The notes below the pieces were generated by a model. That model searched no databases. It was not told the origin of the DNA and was given only the letters and a program-made list of their open reading frames with translations. Positions 13,016 to 24,896 of a stretch of DNA of 64,000 nt are shown piece by piece. The stretch's first letter is position 1; every line of letters begins with the position of its first letter. A program made the translations under genes and the position numbers. Origin of the DNA: Octopus vulgaris (taxonomy: Eukaryota); contig OX597829.1 in NCBI GenBank assembly GCA_951406725.2, positions 50,530,001 through 50,594,000 of the forward strand, written 5' to 3'.

Positions 13016-15832
13016 TAGAAGCAGTTTGTATAGGGCTCAGAGGACTGGATACAACATGGATAGTGAACCATGAGGTGGTGTGAAACTAGCAACCTCCAAG
13101 TAGTAGACATTATTGTAATAACATCGAAAAAGCTGGCAGCACATCTATGGGCCAGGAACTGGACTGTGTCTGTGAGAACGACTATTTACCATTTTGTTTT
13201 GTCTTCTGCTTGTTAAAGTCACTGAACTTTGGCTGTGCTGAGACACTATCTTGAAAAAATTCAGTTGAAGGAATCAAACCCAGTTGTTATTTTCCTTTTT
13301 AAGCCTGATAATTATTCTGTCGGTGGCTAATGCTGAATCACTAAGTCACAGGGACATAAACCAACACTGGTGGTCACGTGATGAGTATGGGATCAACAAA
13401 ACACACACACACTATTATGACGGGCTTCTTTTAGTTTCCATTTTTCAGATCAACTCACAAGGCATTGGTTGTCCCAGGACTATAATAAAAGACATTTGCA
13501 GTGGGACTGAACCCAGAATCAGCTGGCTGGGAAGTAGACTTCTTACCACACAACCACACCTGTGCCTGTTTGTTTTACATATTTAATACTGATTTCAAAT
13601 AGTGGCACAAGGCCAGCAATTTCAGGAGAGGACTTATTTGATTATATCACCCCCACCCCACCGGTGCTCAACTGGTAATCATTTTAGTAACCCCTGAAAG
13701 GATGAAAAGCAATGTTGCCCTTAGCATAATTTGAATTCAGAACATAAAGATGGACAAAATTCCACAAACCATTTTACTTAGAATGGTTAGGATTCTACCA
13801 GCTTTCCACCTTATATTGTATTATAGGCAGAGGGAGCACTGTTATAACGTAACAGCACTCTGCCTGTCTATAGTTTAGAACTGCACCAATTCCACTTTAT
13901 ATTGGGCACAAGGCCTACAAATACAGGGGAGGGCATAAGCTGGTATTTATTTTATCGACCCCCAAAAGAATGAAAAGCAAAGTTGACCTCAGTGGGAATA
14001 GAACTTAGAACGTAAAGACATGAAATGCCACAAAGCATTTTGGCTGGTGTGCTAACGATTCTGCCAATTCACCACTTTCTATATTCTTTTATCCTTCTAG
14101 TCTTGTTTTGGTCATTTGACTGTGGCCATGCTGGAGCACTGCCTTTATGTCAAATGAATTGACTCCAGGACTTATTCTTTCGGTCTCTTTCGCCAAACCG
14201 CTAAGTTACATGGACATAAACACACCAACACCGGTTGTCAAGTGATGGTGAGTGGGGGCACAAACATATACATAGGCTTCTTTCAGTTTCCATCTACCAA
14301 ATCCACTCACAAGGCTTTGGTCGGCCCAAGGCTATAGTAGGAGACACTTGCCCAAGGTGCTACACATTGGCACTGAACCAAGAACCACGTGGTTGAAAAG
14401 CAAGCTTCTTACCACAAGCCACACTTGCACCTATGTATATTTAATATCAAACAGGATGATCTTCAGTAAACTTATCAAAAATTTGTTTCATGTATTCGTC
14501 AGAAACTCGGTGAAAATAAAAGTCTTCTTGTTCGTATGTATGGTTTCCAGAGGAAATACTAGCAAATCTTGTGAGAGATGGAATTTGCAGAAAGCAGTAC
14601 ATTTACCTTGTTTAGGAATGGGTTGATTCACTACAAGGTTTCTGTCTCTTTGAAATGTATATCCCAAGTTTAGAGACCGTTGGAGAAGGTAATAAAATTG
14701 TTAAGGTAACTGTCCATGATGGATATAAGAATGTAATAATAAAAAAGAATCTGCTTACTTTTTACGTTTCACTTGTTTCAGTCATTGGACTGTGGCCATG
14801 CTGGGGCACCTTCTTGAAGGGTTTTACTTGAACAACTCAATCCCAGTATATCTTTTATCTTTTACTGGTTTCAATCATTAGACTGTGGCCATGCTGGGCA
14901 TTGTCTTGTGGGATTTTACTTGAACGAATTGACCTCAGTATTTATTTTTCTTTTAAAGCTTGTACCTATTCTATTAATCTCTTTTGTTGAAGTGCTTAGT
15001 TATGGGGACATAGATACACAACACATTTGCACACACACGCACACAATGGGTTTCTTTCAGTTTCTATTAACCAAATCCACTCTCATGATGTTGGCTGGCC
15101 TGAGGCTGCAGTTGAAGACACCCAAGATGACATGCAGTAGGACTGAACACAGAACCATGTGGTTTGGAAGCAAACTTCTTACCACACAGCCATGCCTGCA
15201 ACTATGTAGAAAATTTAAAGAATCTGGGATAGCATGATATGCAAATGCAAAGAAGATGTTTATAGATAGCATGAGTGAGTTGTTCATATTAAAAGAAAGA
15301 GAGAGAGAGAGAGTAAAGGAGGGGTAAAAGAGTCTAATGTTTGTTCTTCATTGTGCACCCCCACTTCAAATTGATAGTTAGTATGAAAAATGAGACTCCA
15401 CCAGCCAGATGTGATGGGGTATCTTATCCCAAGTGTTTGTGATGAGCAATGTCTGCTAGCTGTCTACTTTATTACCAAATTTACATGGTGCCTTATTATT
15501 TAATAGTGCCTTATTATCTAACACACTCACCGGTAAAATTTCCACTTATTTCTTATTTTTATTTTCTAAAACTTTCGTTGCGTCTTGCAACCTTCTGAAG
15601 GGTAAGACATTCACATCAAATATCTTAAGGCTGAATTAATGCCTTTTCAATGAAGTGGTCTCTGTCAAGCTTGCTGTTGCAGTTTAGATTTCCAGTTGTT
15701 TAGTATAGAGTCAGTTGAGGTTGGATATCTGGGATTTTGATAATCCTTACAATGTCTGTGACCGATATTTCAAATTTTTAAAAAAGGCGGCGAGCTGGCA
15801 GACCTGTTAGCATACCAGGCAAAATGCTTGAT

Positions 15833-16184
15833 ACAGTTCTATATTTAAGAGATGAGGAATTATTTACATTATTTACATTTGACGGATATTTGTCCTCATC
15901 TTGTTTGTTGTTAAAAGATTTCGGCTGATATACCCTCCAGCCTTCTTCAGGTGTCTTGGGGGAAATTTCGAACCTGGGTTCTCATTCCTAAGGTATTTTT
16001 TGATGTTATTATTAAACAACAACAACAACAACAACAACAATAATAATAATAATAACAATAATAATAATAATAATAACAACGTCAAAAATACCTTAGGAAT
16101 GAGAACCCAGGTTTGAAATTTCCCCAAGACACCTGAAGAAGGCTGAGGACAAATATCTGTTGAATGTAAATAATGTAAATAATG
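15833..16184. mobile_element. Palindromic insertion: two inverted copies of a hammerhead-bearing short element around an (AAC/AAT)n centre, inserted in a SINE
   Basis: 12-bp TSD aaaatgcttgat at 15821-15832 and 16185-16196; arms cttcttcaggtgtcttgggggaaatttcgaacctgggttctcattcctaaggtattt and its reverse complement. Confidence 0.85.
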
Positions 16185-16639
16185 AAAATGCTTGATGGTG
16201 TTTTGTCCATCTTCATGTTCCAAGTTCAAATTCTGCCAAAATTGACTTTGCCTTTCATCCTCTCAGGGTCCATAAAATAAGGACCAGTTGGACAATGGGG
16301 TCAATTTAACCAACTTAGCTCCAGCCCAAAGCTGCTGGCCTTGTGCTAAAATTTGAAACCAATATTTTAAGTTTAAATACAAGAGAGTAATATTCGACAG
16401 CATCCAAATTCATTCGTAACTCTTAAGCATGTTAACCGGCCATATCCAGTCCAAGTATTCTGTCCTGTTTTATACTAAAACCAGCCACATTTGGCCTCTC
16501 ACACCTACCCTACAACATCACTCTAAAAATAAACCAATCATGTCATTGAATTCTTGAAGCTATGAAATCATGCAATGTTAATTCAAAAACAATGTGAATA
16601 AATAAGGATTGCATTTGACATGAATTAGTTAAGTATTAC

Positions 16640-16785
16640 AACGTGGAAGGTGTTTATAAGCCATTTAAAAACACGCAAAAAAAAAAAATGTTAGATTCAC
16701 TTCAACATTTAGATTTAATTTGTCAAAATATTTTTGTTGCTTTGAGACCGCAACTTCTTCACTGACAATATTCTGAACTGCATCC

Positions 16786-16841
<56 letters not shown>

Positions 16842-17462
16842 GGTTTGGAGATGATGTACAGATATTTTATATTAGAAGAAATGAGGTACTCAGAAATTCG
16901 GATGGTTTTAAATTTATGGATATTTATTTGTATATTACATGTTTTTATACATCATATATCATATATCATATATTAGTGCTTTTGTCCATTCTAGTGGACT
17001 TTTCAAATTGAACTAAGTTCTTGGGGAAAATTTGACCATTTTTATAGTGTTTTATATTTATATATATATATATATTATTTGACGACAAAGCAAAAGCAAG
17101 GCAAAATGGGTATCTCAAGTCATTTACAATAATTTAATTAGGGTAAGGTGCATTTCAAGTCTTTACAGCCATTTCTGGGATAACCCAAGTGGCAGGTTAG
17201 CATGTCCACGCACTGGGTATTCCGTCATCAGAAACAAGGTATGACTATTTTAGATGGAAAATTTACAGTTTACAAAGAATAAAATGAATCCACATTTACT
17301 TTAAATTTAAATTTAAATTGTCAAGATATTTTCGTTGCTTTGAGACTGCAACCTGTTCACTGACAAAATTCCATGCTGCATGGAAATTTAAATGTTGAAG
17401 AGAATCTAACAGATTTTGTATGTTTCTTAAATGGCTTAGAAACACCTTCCATGCTGCAATTG
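16640..17462 (-). mobile_element. Cluster of short repeats with hammerhead-like folds, separated by (TA)n tracts
   Basis: Minus-strand folds at 16722-16766, 17159-17235 and 17320-17364; 16640-16720 is also inverted at 17385-17460. Confidence 0.65.
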
Positions 17463-17853
17463 TTATATATATATATATATAATAAAAGTTATAAATAATG
17501 AGAGAAATATAGTATGATAAAATTTATTTAACCATTAGAAATTCTTATATCACAATTGTTTCACCACTTAAAACATGCAGAGATAATATAATTTATTATA
17601 TTTTATAATAGGTACATTACTTACATGTCTGCATTAATACAAACAATCTTTAAATTAATGCAGATATCAAGCTAACTCATTGGGTGAGAAAACAATACTG
17701 TGTTTCTCTCATTATTTATAATTTAATACACTCCTCTTGTTTTTTCTTGTATCGTGCTATATATTCTATATGTCTTGTAGAATGATGATACATTAAGGAG
17801 CTATTTTTATGAGCACCACCTGATTAGTTGAATCCATATATTGTGAATTATAA

Positions 17854-18642
17854 ACACACACACACACACACACACACACATCCCTGTTGAATCTATTTTC
17901 TGTTTCCCTCATTATACATACATGCATACATACATACACACACACATACATACACACATACATGCATACATACATACATACATACACACATACATACATA
18001 CACACATACATGCATACATACATACACACATACATACACACATACATACATACATACACACGTGCACACATAAATACATACATACATACATACACACACA
18101 CATACATACATACACACACAAATACACACATACATACATACATACACACATACATACACACATAATACACATACATACATACATACATACATACATACGT
18201 ACACACACATACACACACATACATACATACATACACACATACATACCTACATACATACACACATACATACATGCATACATTCATACACACATACATACAC
18301 ACATACATACATACACACATACATGGCATACATACATACATACATACACACATGCATACATACATACCTACATACATACATACAATACATACATACAATC
18401 ATACATGCATACATACATTCATACATACATACATACATACATACACACATACATACATACATACATACATACACACATACATACATACATACACACATAC
18501 ATACATACATACATACACACATACATACATGCATACATACATACATACATACATACATACATACATACATACACACATACATACATACATATGTATGTTC
18601 AAGATATACATACATACACACACATACATACATACACACATA

Positions 18643-18676
<34 letters not shown>
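17854..18676. repeat. (CA)n/(CATA)n compound microsatellite
   Basis: Direct inspection; source of the HTYI/MYVC pseudo-ORFs. Confidence 0.95.
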
Positions 18677-18680
<4 letters not shown>

Positions 18681-19392
18681 TATTCTACAAGATGATACCT
18701 CCAGTATGACCTGCTACATTCCAATGATTGCAAAAAAGTAAAAGACTACGAGAGCGAAAGAAAATTGTACGTTGTGTGTTCTTTAAGACGAACCTTGAGT
18801 TGCCAATCGTCTGTTATCTTAACTCTGTAACTCTACACACTGAAGTTTGTTTATTGAAACACAGATGTCTGATTATTTCTTAACAGCATATTTCCTCTCA
18901 TTTCCACAACTGTTTCTATTCCACTCTCTACCTGACTTCACACAAAGTTCTTCTCATTTCTAGATGTTTATTTTACTTCACAGCAGGTCACCTAAACAGC
19001 TTCTTCTACAGGTTTCTTCATTAAACAATATACATGTAACTTACCTTCCTCAAAAATTGCTACCTCTGTTAGAAATAAAACCATTATTATTAATGTATAT
19101 TTATCGTTGAGCACCAACAAGAGAACAGAGACAATAATAAACACAATATTCCTTTCAAACCGTTTTTGTCATACCTGCATAAGATATTCTTTTATTTATT
19201 TCAGCCAGTTAACTGCAGCCATACTGGAGCACTGCTTTGAGGGATTTTAGTCAAAGAAATTGACCACAGTACTTATGTTTTTAGCCAGTAGCCGGTACTT
19301 ATTCTATTGGACTCTTTGGCTGAGCCAATAAATTATTGGTTGTCAAGTGGTGATGGTGGGGGAGGGGTGGACAGATACTGACACACATATGC

Positions 19393-19575
19393 ATATTGCT
19401 AGCCACTACACATTTCCTATTTTCTCTCCTTGTTTCTTTCTGTGTTCCTTTCTGTGGAAGAGCATAGGCTCGAAACATTAAAGACTTTTTCACTTCCCAA
19501 GCATTATACTAATACATCTGTTTACTGTCTACACCACCTGTCTTCCTCTTTTGTATTTTTGTGAATTCTCCCCCC
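19393..19575 (+). mobile_element. Short repeat with a hammerhead-like fold nested in a SINE; second copy at ~31075-31250 (-)
   Basis: 19448-19483: cttt-CTGTGGA-a-gagc atag gctc-GAAA-catt-aaag. Confidence 0.55.
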
Positions 19576-20066
19576 CTCCTATATATATATATATATATAT
19601 ACATGACAGGCTTCTTTAATTTTCTGTCTACCAAATTCACTCATAAGGCTTTGGTCAGCCCAATGCTATAGTAGAAGACACTTACCCAAGCTGACATGCA
19701 GCAGGTCTGAACCTGGAATCATGTGGTTGAGAAGCAAACTTCTTACCACACAGCCATACCTGCACCTGTATGGAAATTATTTTTGTTTAATCAAATGTTG
19801 TTGAAAGTAAATCAACAATTCATTTCCTTATATGGAAATGGTCCATTTGTATTTCCCTTGCTTTCGAGAAAAGCATAAATATCAAAACTACTCCATTTTC
19901 CCAACCCCCACTCATCAAATAATTCTGACACTTGTCCAAAGTGTTGCACAAGGGGCTCAGTTCCATTTTGAAACACTTTGGCCAGGTGTCTTTTGCTATA
20001 AGTAATAGGGCCACCCAATGTCTTGTAAGTAAATTTGATGGACAGAAACGGAACAGAGCCTATTGT

Positions 20067-20067
20067 G

Positions 20068-20106
<39 letters not shown>

Positions 20107-20395
20107 TAAAGAAATAGTGCGTGTGTGTGTGTGTGCATGTGTGTGTGTGAGTATGTGCACATGTATGTGTGTATGTGTGTGTGTGCACATATATGTGTGT
20201 GTGCACGTGTATGTGTGTGTGCACATGTATGTGTGTGTGCATGTGTATGTGTCTGTGCATGTATATGTGTGTTTGTGTGTGTGCATATGTATGTGTGTGT
20301 ATATTTGTGTGTATGTATGCATGTGTGAGTGTGCATGTGTGTGTGTGTGCATGTGTGTGTGTGTATGTTCGTGCATGTGTTTGTATGTTTGTGTG
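20067..20395. repeat. (TG)n-rich compound microsatellite in a SINE middle region
   Basis: Direct inspection. Confidence 0.95.
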
Positions 20396-21019
20396 TTTTA
20401 TATTTGCTTTTTCTGAAACCGGCCATTGCTTTTATTTTCTGTCAACAGATAATCCACTGGTTTTGCAAATCCAAAAAATATACAGAAATAAGAAAACTCT
20501 TACATGAAAAATAAGGGCAAATGTTAGTGACAGGAAAAGCATCCAACCGTAAAATGATCTTCGATAATATAATTTTTCCAACTTCATCTTACCCATACTA
20601 TCAGGCATGTATCTATCAATAAGCTTTCGTCCTTTAGCATTCAAATTATTCCATCAAATGCAGAACTTATTTATTCTCATTACCTCACAGCTCCAAGATT
20701 TCAATGATGTGATTGTTTATTTTTGCAGTTACATTGTAGATAGGGTGCAAGAGGCTGGATCTGATCTATTTGAACATAAAACAGGAAAACTATAAGGACC
20801 AGGCCAGTTTAACTATTTAGCACCAACCGATCATGGCCGTTTGCCAGCCTCGCCTGGCATGTAAAAAGCACCCACTACACTCACGGACTGGTTGGCGTTA
20901 GGAAGGGCATCCAGCTGTAGAAACTTTGCCAGATCAGATTGGAGCCTGGTGCAGCCTCTTGGCTTCCCAGACCCTGGTCGAACCATCCAACCCATACTAG
21001 CATGGAAAGCGGATGTTAA

Positions 21020-21050
<31 letters not shown>

Positions 21051-21250
21051 ATTTATCAAATGTAATGCTTATTTATTCATATTTTGAGTTAATCATTCTT
21101 TATTTCATAGTCTTAAGATTTCATCGATGTGATTGTTTATTTATAGAACGACATTGTAGGGTAAGTGTAAGAGGCCAGATCTGGCTAGTTTGAACATAGA
21201 ACATGTGGAATATTTATTTGAACCTGATATGGCCAACTCAAAGATGAAAG

Positions 21251-21291
<41 letters not shown>

Positions 21292-21615
21292 ATTTGGCTC
21301 AAAAGCAAATAGCAAGGCCATGTAGGGGGACATGGAGTTAAGTACAGGGTGGTGTTCATGTAAAGAGTTCAGGCCACTTGAGGTCCAGGGAGGCTTTGAA
21401 CAAAGCGGTCGTCGGCATCTTCACCATCTCGTCTGGCAGCTTGTTCCACGGCTCCGCAACCCGGACGGAGAAAGCTCCTCTCCTTCGATTGAGATGAAAT
21501 CGTCGCAGGTAGAGCTTTTCGGAATGACCCCACAGCCGACGCTCCGGAGCAGGAGTGAAGAACAGCTCTTTCGAGAGGTTACACTTCCCGCTTATGATGT
21601 TGTGGGCGAGAAGAC
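21251..21615 (-). mobile_element. CR1/L2-group LINE 3' end with (AACT)n tail
   Basis: Minus-strand translation FSVRVAEPWNKLPDEMVKMPTTALFKASLDLKWPELFT* (the R-V-x-x-x-WN-x-LP motif of CR1 C-termini); (AGTT)n at 21251-21291 on +. Confidence 0.85.
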
Positions 21616-22099
21616 AGTATAGTGTTTTTTGAGGGTGTATTAGCTGTTATTTCTTGCAGATTGAACAGTTACATACAGGCATTTTTGTTGTTGTTGTTGT
21701 TACTGATACAGTCATAATTACTGCTTTTCTTCTTGTTGCTACAATTAGTGTTCATTAATGAGGTTCTTACTGATGGTCTTGTTGTTGTTGTTGTTGTTGT
21801 TGTTGTTTGCTACGTCAACTTTCAATACAATTCACATTAAAAATCTATTTGTATACAATAATTACAATAACCCAATTTCAGTTAATTAAAACTCTTAATT
21901 TTTTTTTTTTTGTTTTTTAAATCACAGGATTTACTAATTAAGTAAATTTTGTTCGATCGGAAACTTTTGAGAAAGTAAAGAATAAAGGGAAAATAAGTCT
22001 TTGTCATCATTATCATCACTGTCATTATCATCAACACTCCACCACCACTACCATTTTCATCATCATCATCATCATCATCATCACCACCACCTTGTTTTT

Positions 22100-22485
22100 T
22101 CGATACTTTTTGGTTATCTCACCCACACCCATTAAAAAATTTCCATTAAAAAATTGGGTTATCTCCCCACTAAAAAATTGAGTTAAGTAACAAGAGATTG
22201 GATTAAAAGTGTTAGATCCTTTTGATTCAATACTTCAACACATTGGTGACTTTTGACCTCCTCAATAGGAATGGTATGATTTCTTATAAAAATATTATAA
22301 GATTCAAAATGATGCTTCATCTTTTCCCTTTTTATGTTTATTAATTTTTCATTTTTTTTTTTGTTTTATTGAGGGTTAAACAATTTTTTTATTTGAAAGT
22401 GATAACCAAAAATACCGATATTTCTCGTAAAACAGGGGAAGGTAACTCAATTTTTTAATGGGAGGGAGATGACCAAAAAGTTCTG
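22100..22485. mobile_element. Putative MITE with imperfect terminal inverted repeats
   Basis: actttttggttatctc...cattaaaaaattgggttatctcccc vs ggggaaggtaactcaattttttaatggg...gagatgaccaaaaagt. Confidence 0.55.
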
Positions 22486-22759
22486 TTTCTTCAACAATGC
22501 TCACAATCCACTATGTTGCCTTCAACACACAGATAACAGTTATTGAAGTCCAAGATACAAAATACCAAGAAGACATGTGCTGACCATAGATGGAACACTT
22601 TGACTCATAAGTCGGTTTGATCGAGGATGTCCAGGGGTTAAAAAATAAATCTGTTCCCTGAGAATCTTACCAAAGACTTTGCAGTGTTCTTGCTCTGGAG
22701 CAAAAACCCAAATATAACCCAATTATAATTGCAACATTCTTGATTATGATCCTACATGA

Positions 22760-22985
22760 TTAACCCTTTAGTATTTAAACTGGCCATATCTGGCCGAAAT
22801 ATTTAATCTGTTTTATGTTCAAACTGACCAGATCCAGGCTCTCACACCTACCCTACAATGTTATTCTACATTAAGTAATTACACCATCAAGATCTTGAAG
22901 ATATGAGATAATGCATGATTAATTCAAATCAATGGGAATCAATAGGTATTATGTTTGATAGAATAATCTGAACACTAAAGGGTAA
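22760..22985. mobile_element. TTAA-type MITE (same family as 6928-7144)
   Basis: ttaaccctttagtattt ... aacactaaagggtaa. Confidence 0.8.
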
Positions 22986-23626
22986 GGATAACTTGTTGTT
23001 AAACAACAGCTCAGCTTACTTAACCAATATTCTACTCAACATTAGTTCAATGGTGTAAATTCTTGCACAAATTTATTTAAATCTAATTCATCAATCGCCA
23101 GACAGAAGACTTCCTATCCTGGCACTGCTTCTTCTTCCACATCAATACCAGCAAATGTTCCATTCCGTTGCTATTTGCTGGCTGAGTTACACAAAACAAT
23201 TTGACTGCATTAATTTCATAAATTTGTCCTTTGTTTAAAGGAGTGATAAATCTTTTTGACTGAGACAGAGATTCTTTGTGTGATTCTGGAGTATGAATAC
23301 CATGATGGTGGATAGTAAGATGGAATGACCGAAAGATGGGAAGTATTAAAGACTGGAAGATAGCGAAACAGGGAATGCAACCATCTCATTTCCAACGTTT
23401 GTTGATACCAATCCATCTGAGACCACCCTTGGTTCTATGCTATGAACTTACTGTTCCAGAGTGAAGTAATTTAAACTTGTCCATCAAAATTTCATATTAA
23501 TTTATGCTCTAAGCACAAATCTTTGGTTGGCCTGAGGCTAGAGTAGAAGACACTTGCCCAAGGTACCCTGCAGTGGGACTGAACCTGGAACCATATGGTT
23601 GAGCAGCAAGCTTCTTAACCATAGTT

Positions 23627-23850
23627 AAGGCAATGGCCTAGTGGTTAGGGCAGCGGACTCGCAGTCGTAGGATCGCAGTTTCGATTCCCAGACCGGGCGT
23701 TGTGAGTTTTTATTGAGCGAAAACACCTAAAGCTCAACGAGGCTCCGGCAGGGGGTGGTGGCGATCCCTGCTGTATAAAAAGGCTAAGAAATGGCGGTGC
23801 CCCAGCATGGCCACAGCTCGTGAGCTGAGACTAGATAAAATAGATAAAAT
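23627..23850 (+). mobile_element. tRNA-derived SINE with Pol III A and B boxes
   Basis: A box tggcctagtgg, B box gtttcgattcc, 3' end ggcggtgccccagcatggccacag. Confidence 0.75.
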
Positions 23851-24222
23851 AAATACACCTGCCTCTGCACCTGGAATTTGTTTTGTCATCTCATACTTTC
23901 ATTATCAATATTTACTATTTTTTGCCAGGTGGTGGGTAACCAGTGAGGTTTGGGGGCTGGAATTTATCAAAGTGGCAACCTCTGGACTAAACAGTAACAT
24001 TATGTCCCTCGGGTTTTTTCCCTTTATTTAATGGTCATTCAAATAGCTCTTTTGTCTTAATAGCGGTCATTTACATAGTAATTTACCTTTGTTTAACGGT
24101 CATTTTCATAGTATTTTTGTTTGTCTTAATAACTGACGAGATGCCAGAGCAGATTTCCACCCCGACATCTGAAACTCAGAGTTTTATTATGGCAACCGAA
24201 TAACTGTCACATATTATATTAC

Positions 24223-24261
<39 letters not shown>

Positions 24262-24443
24262 TTTGAGGGAATATTATTCCTAACTTACAGGGAAAATTCA
24301 ATTTAGAAATACTAAATCAAATTTCACAAAATATAATATATATATATAAAAATTAGAAAAAACCCACCTTTTTAGTTAACTGAATTGACCCTGGTACTTA
24401 TTTTCAAAGCCTGGTACTTATTCTATCAATCATTTTTGCCAAA

Positions 24444-24503
<60 letters not shown>

Positions 24504-24896
24504 CAAGAATGGAAAACAAATTTAGAAGTCAAATTCCTTTATCAAATTAAATCACTTTGCATCATCGACATATTAATATACAGTATCAATTCAAATACAA
24601 ACACACAAATTAAGAAAACATAGAATATGTAAATGTACCTGCATTAAAACATTTGGTGTTTAGCATTCAAATTATAAATATATGTGTTTGTGTTTGTTTG
24701 TCCCTCATTACCGCTTGACAACTGGTGCTGGTTTGTATGTGTCCGTGACTTAGTAGTTCAGCAAAAGAGACTGATAGAATAAGTACCAGGCTTTGAAAAT
24801 AAGTACCAGGGTCAATTCAGTTAACTAAAAAGATTCCCCAAGGCGGTGCCCCAGCATGGCCACAGTCCACTGACTGGAACAAGTAAAAGATAAAAG

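Noticed and set aside
17793-18741. Long HTYI/MYVC ORFs (also 19812-20507, 36144-36566, 44072-44477, 57800-59400)
   Set aside because: Translations of (CATA)n, (TA)n and (TG)n microsatellites
23627-23700. tRNA gene
   Set aside because: A and B boxes are present, but the sequence continues into a SINE body and tail and no clean cloverleaf was found
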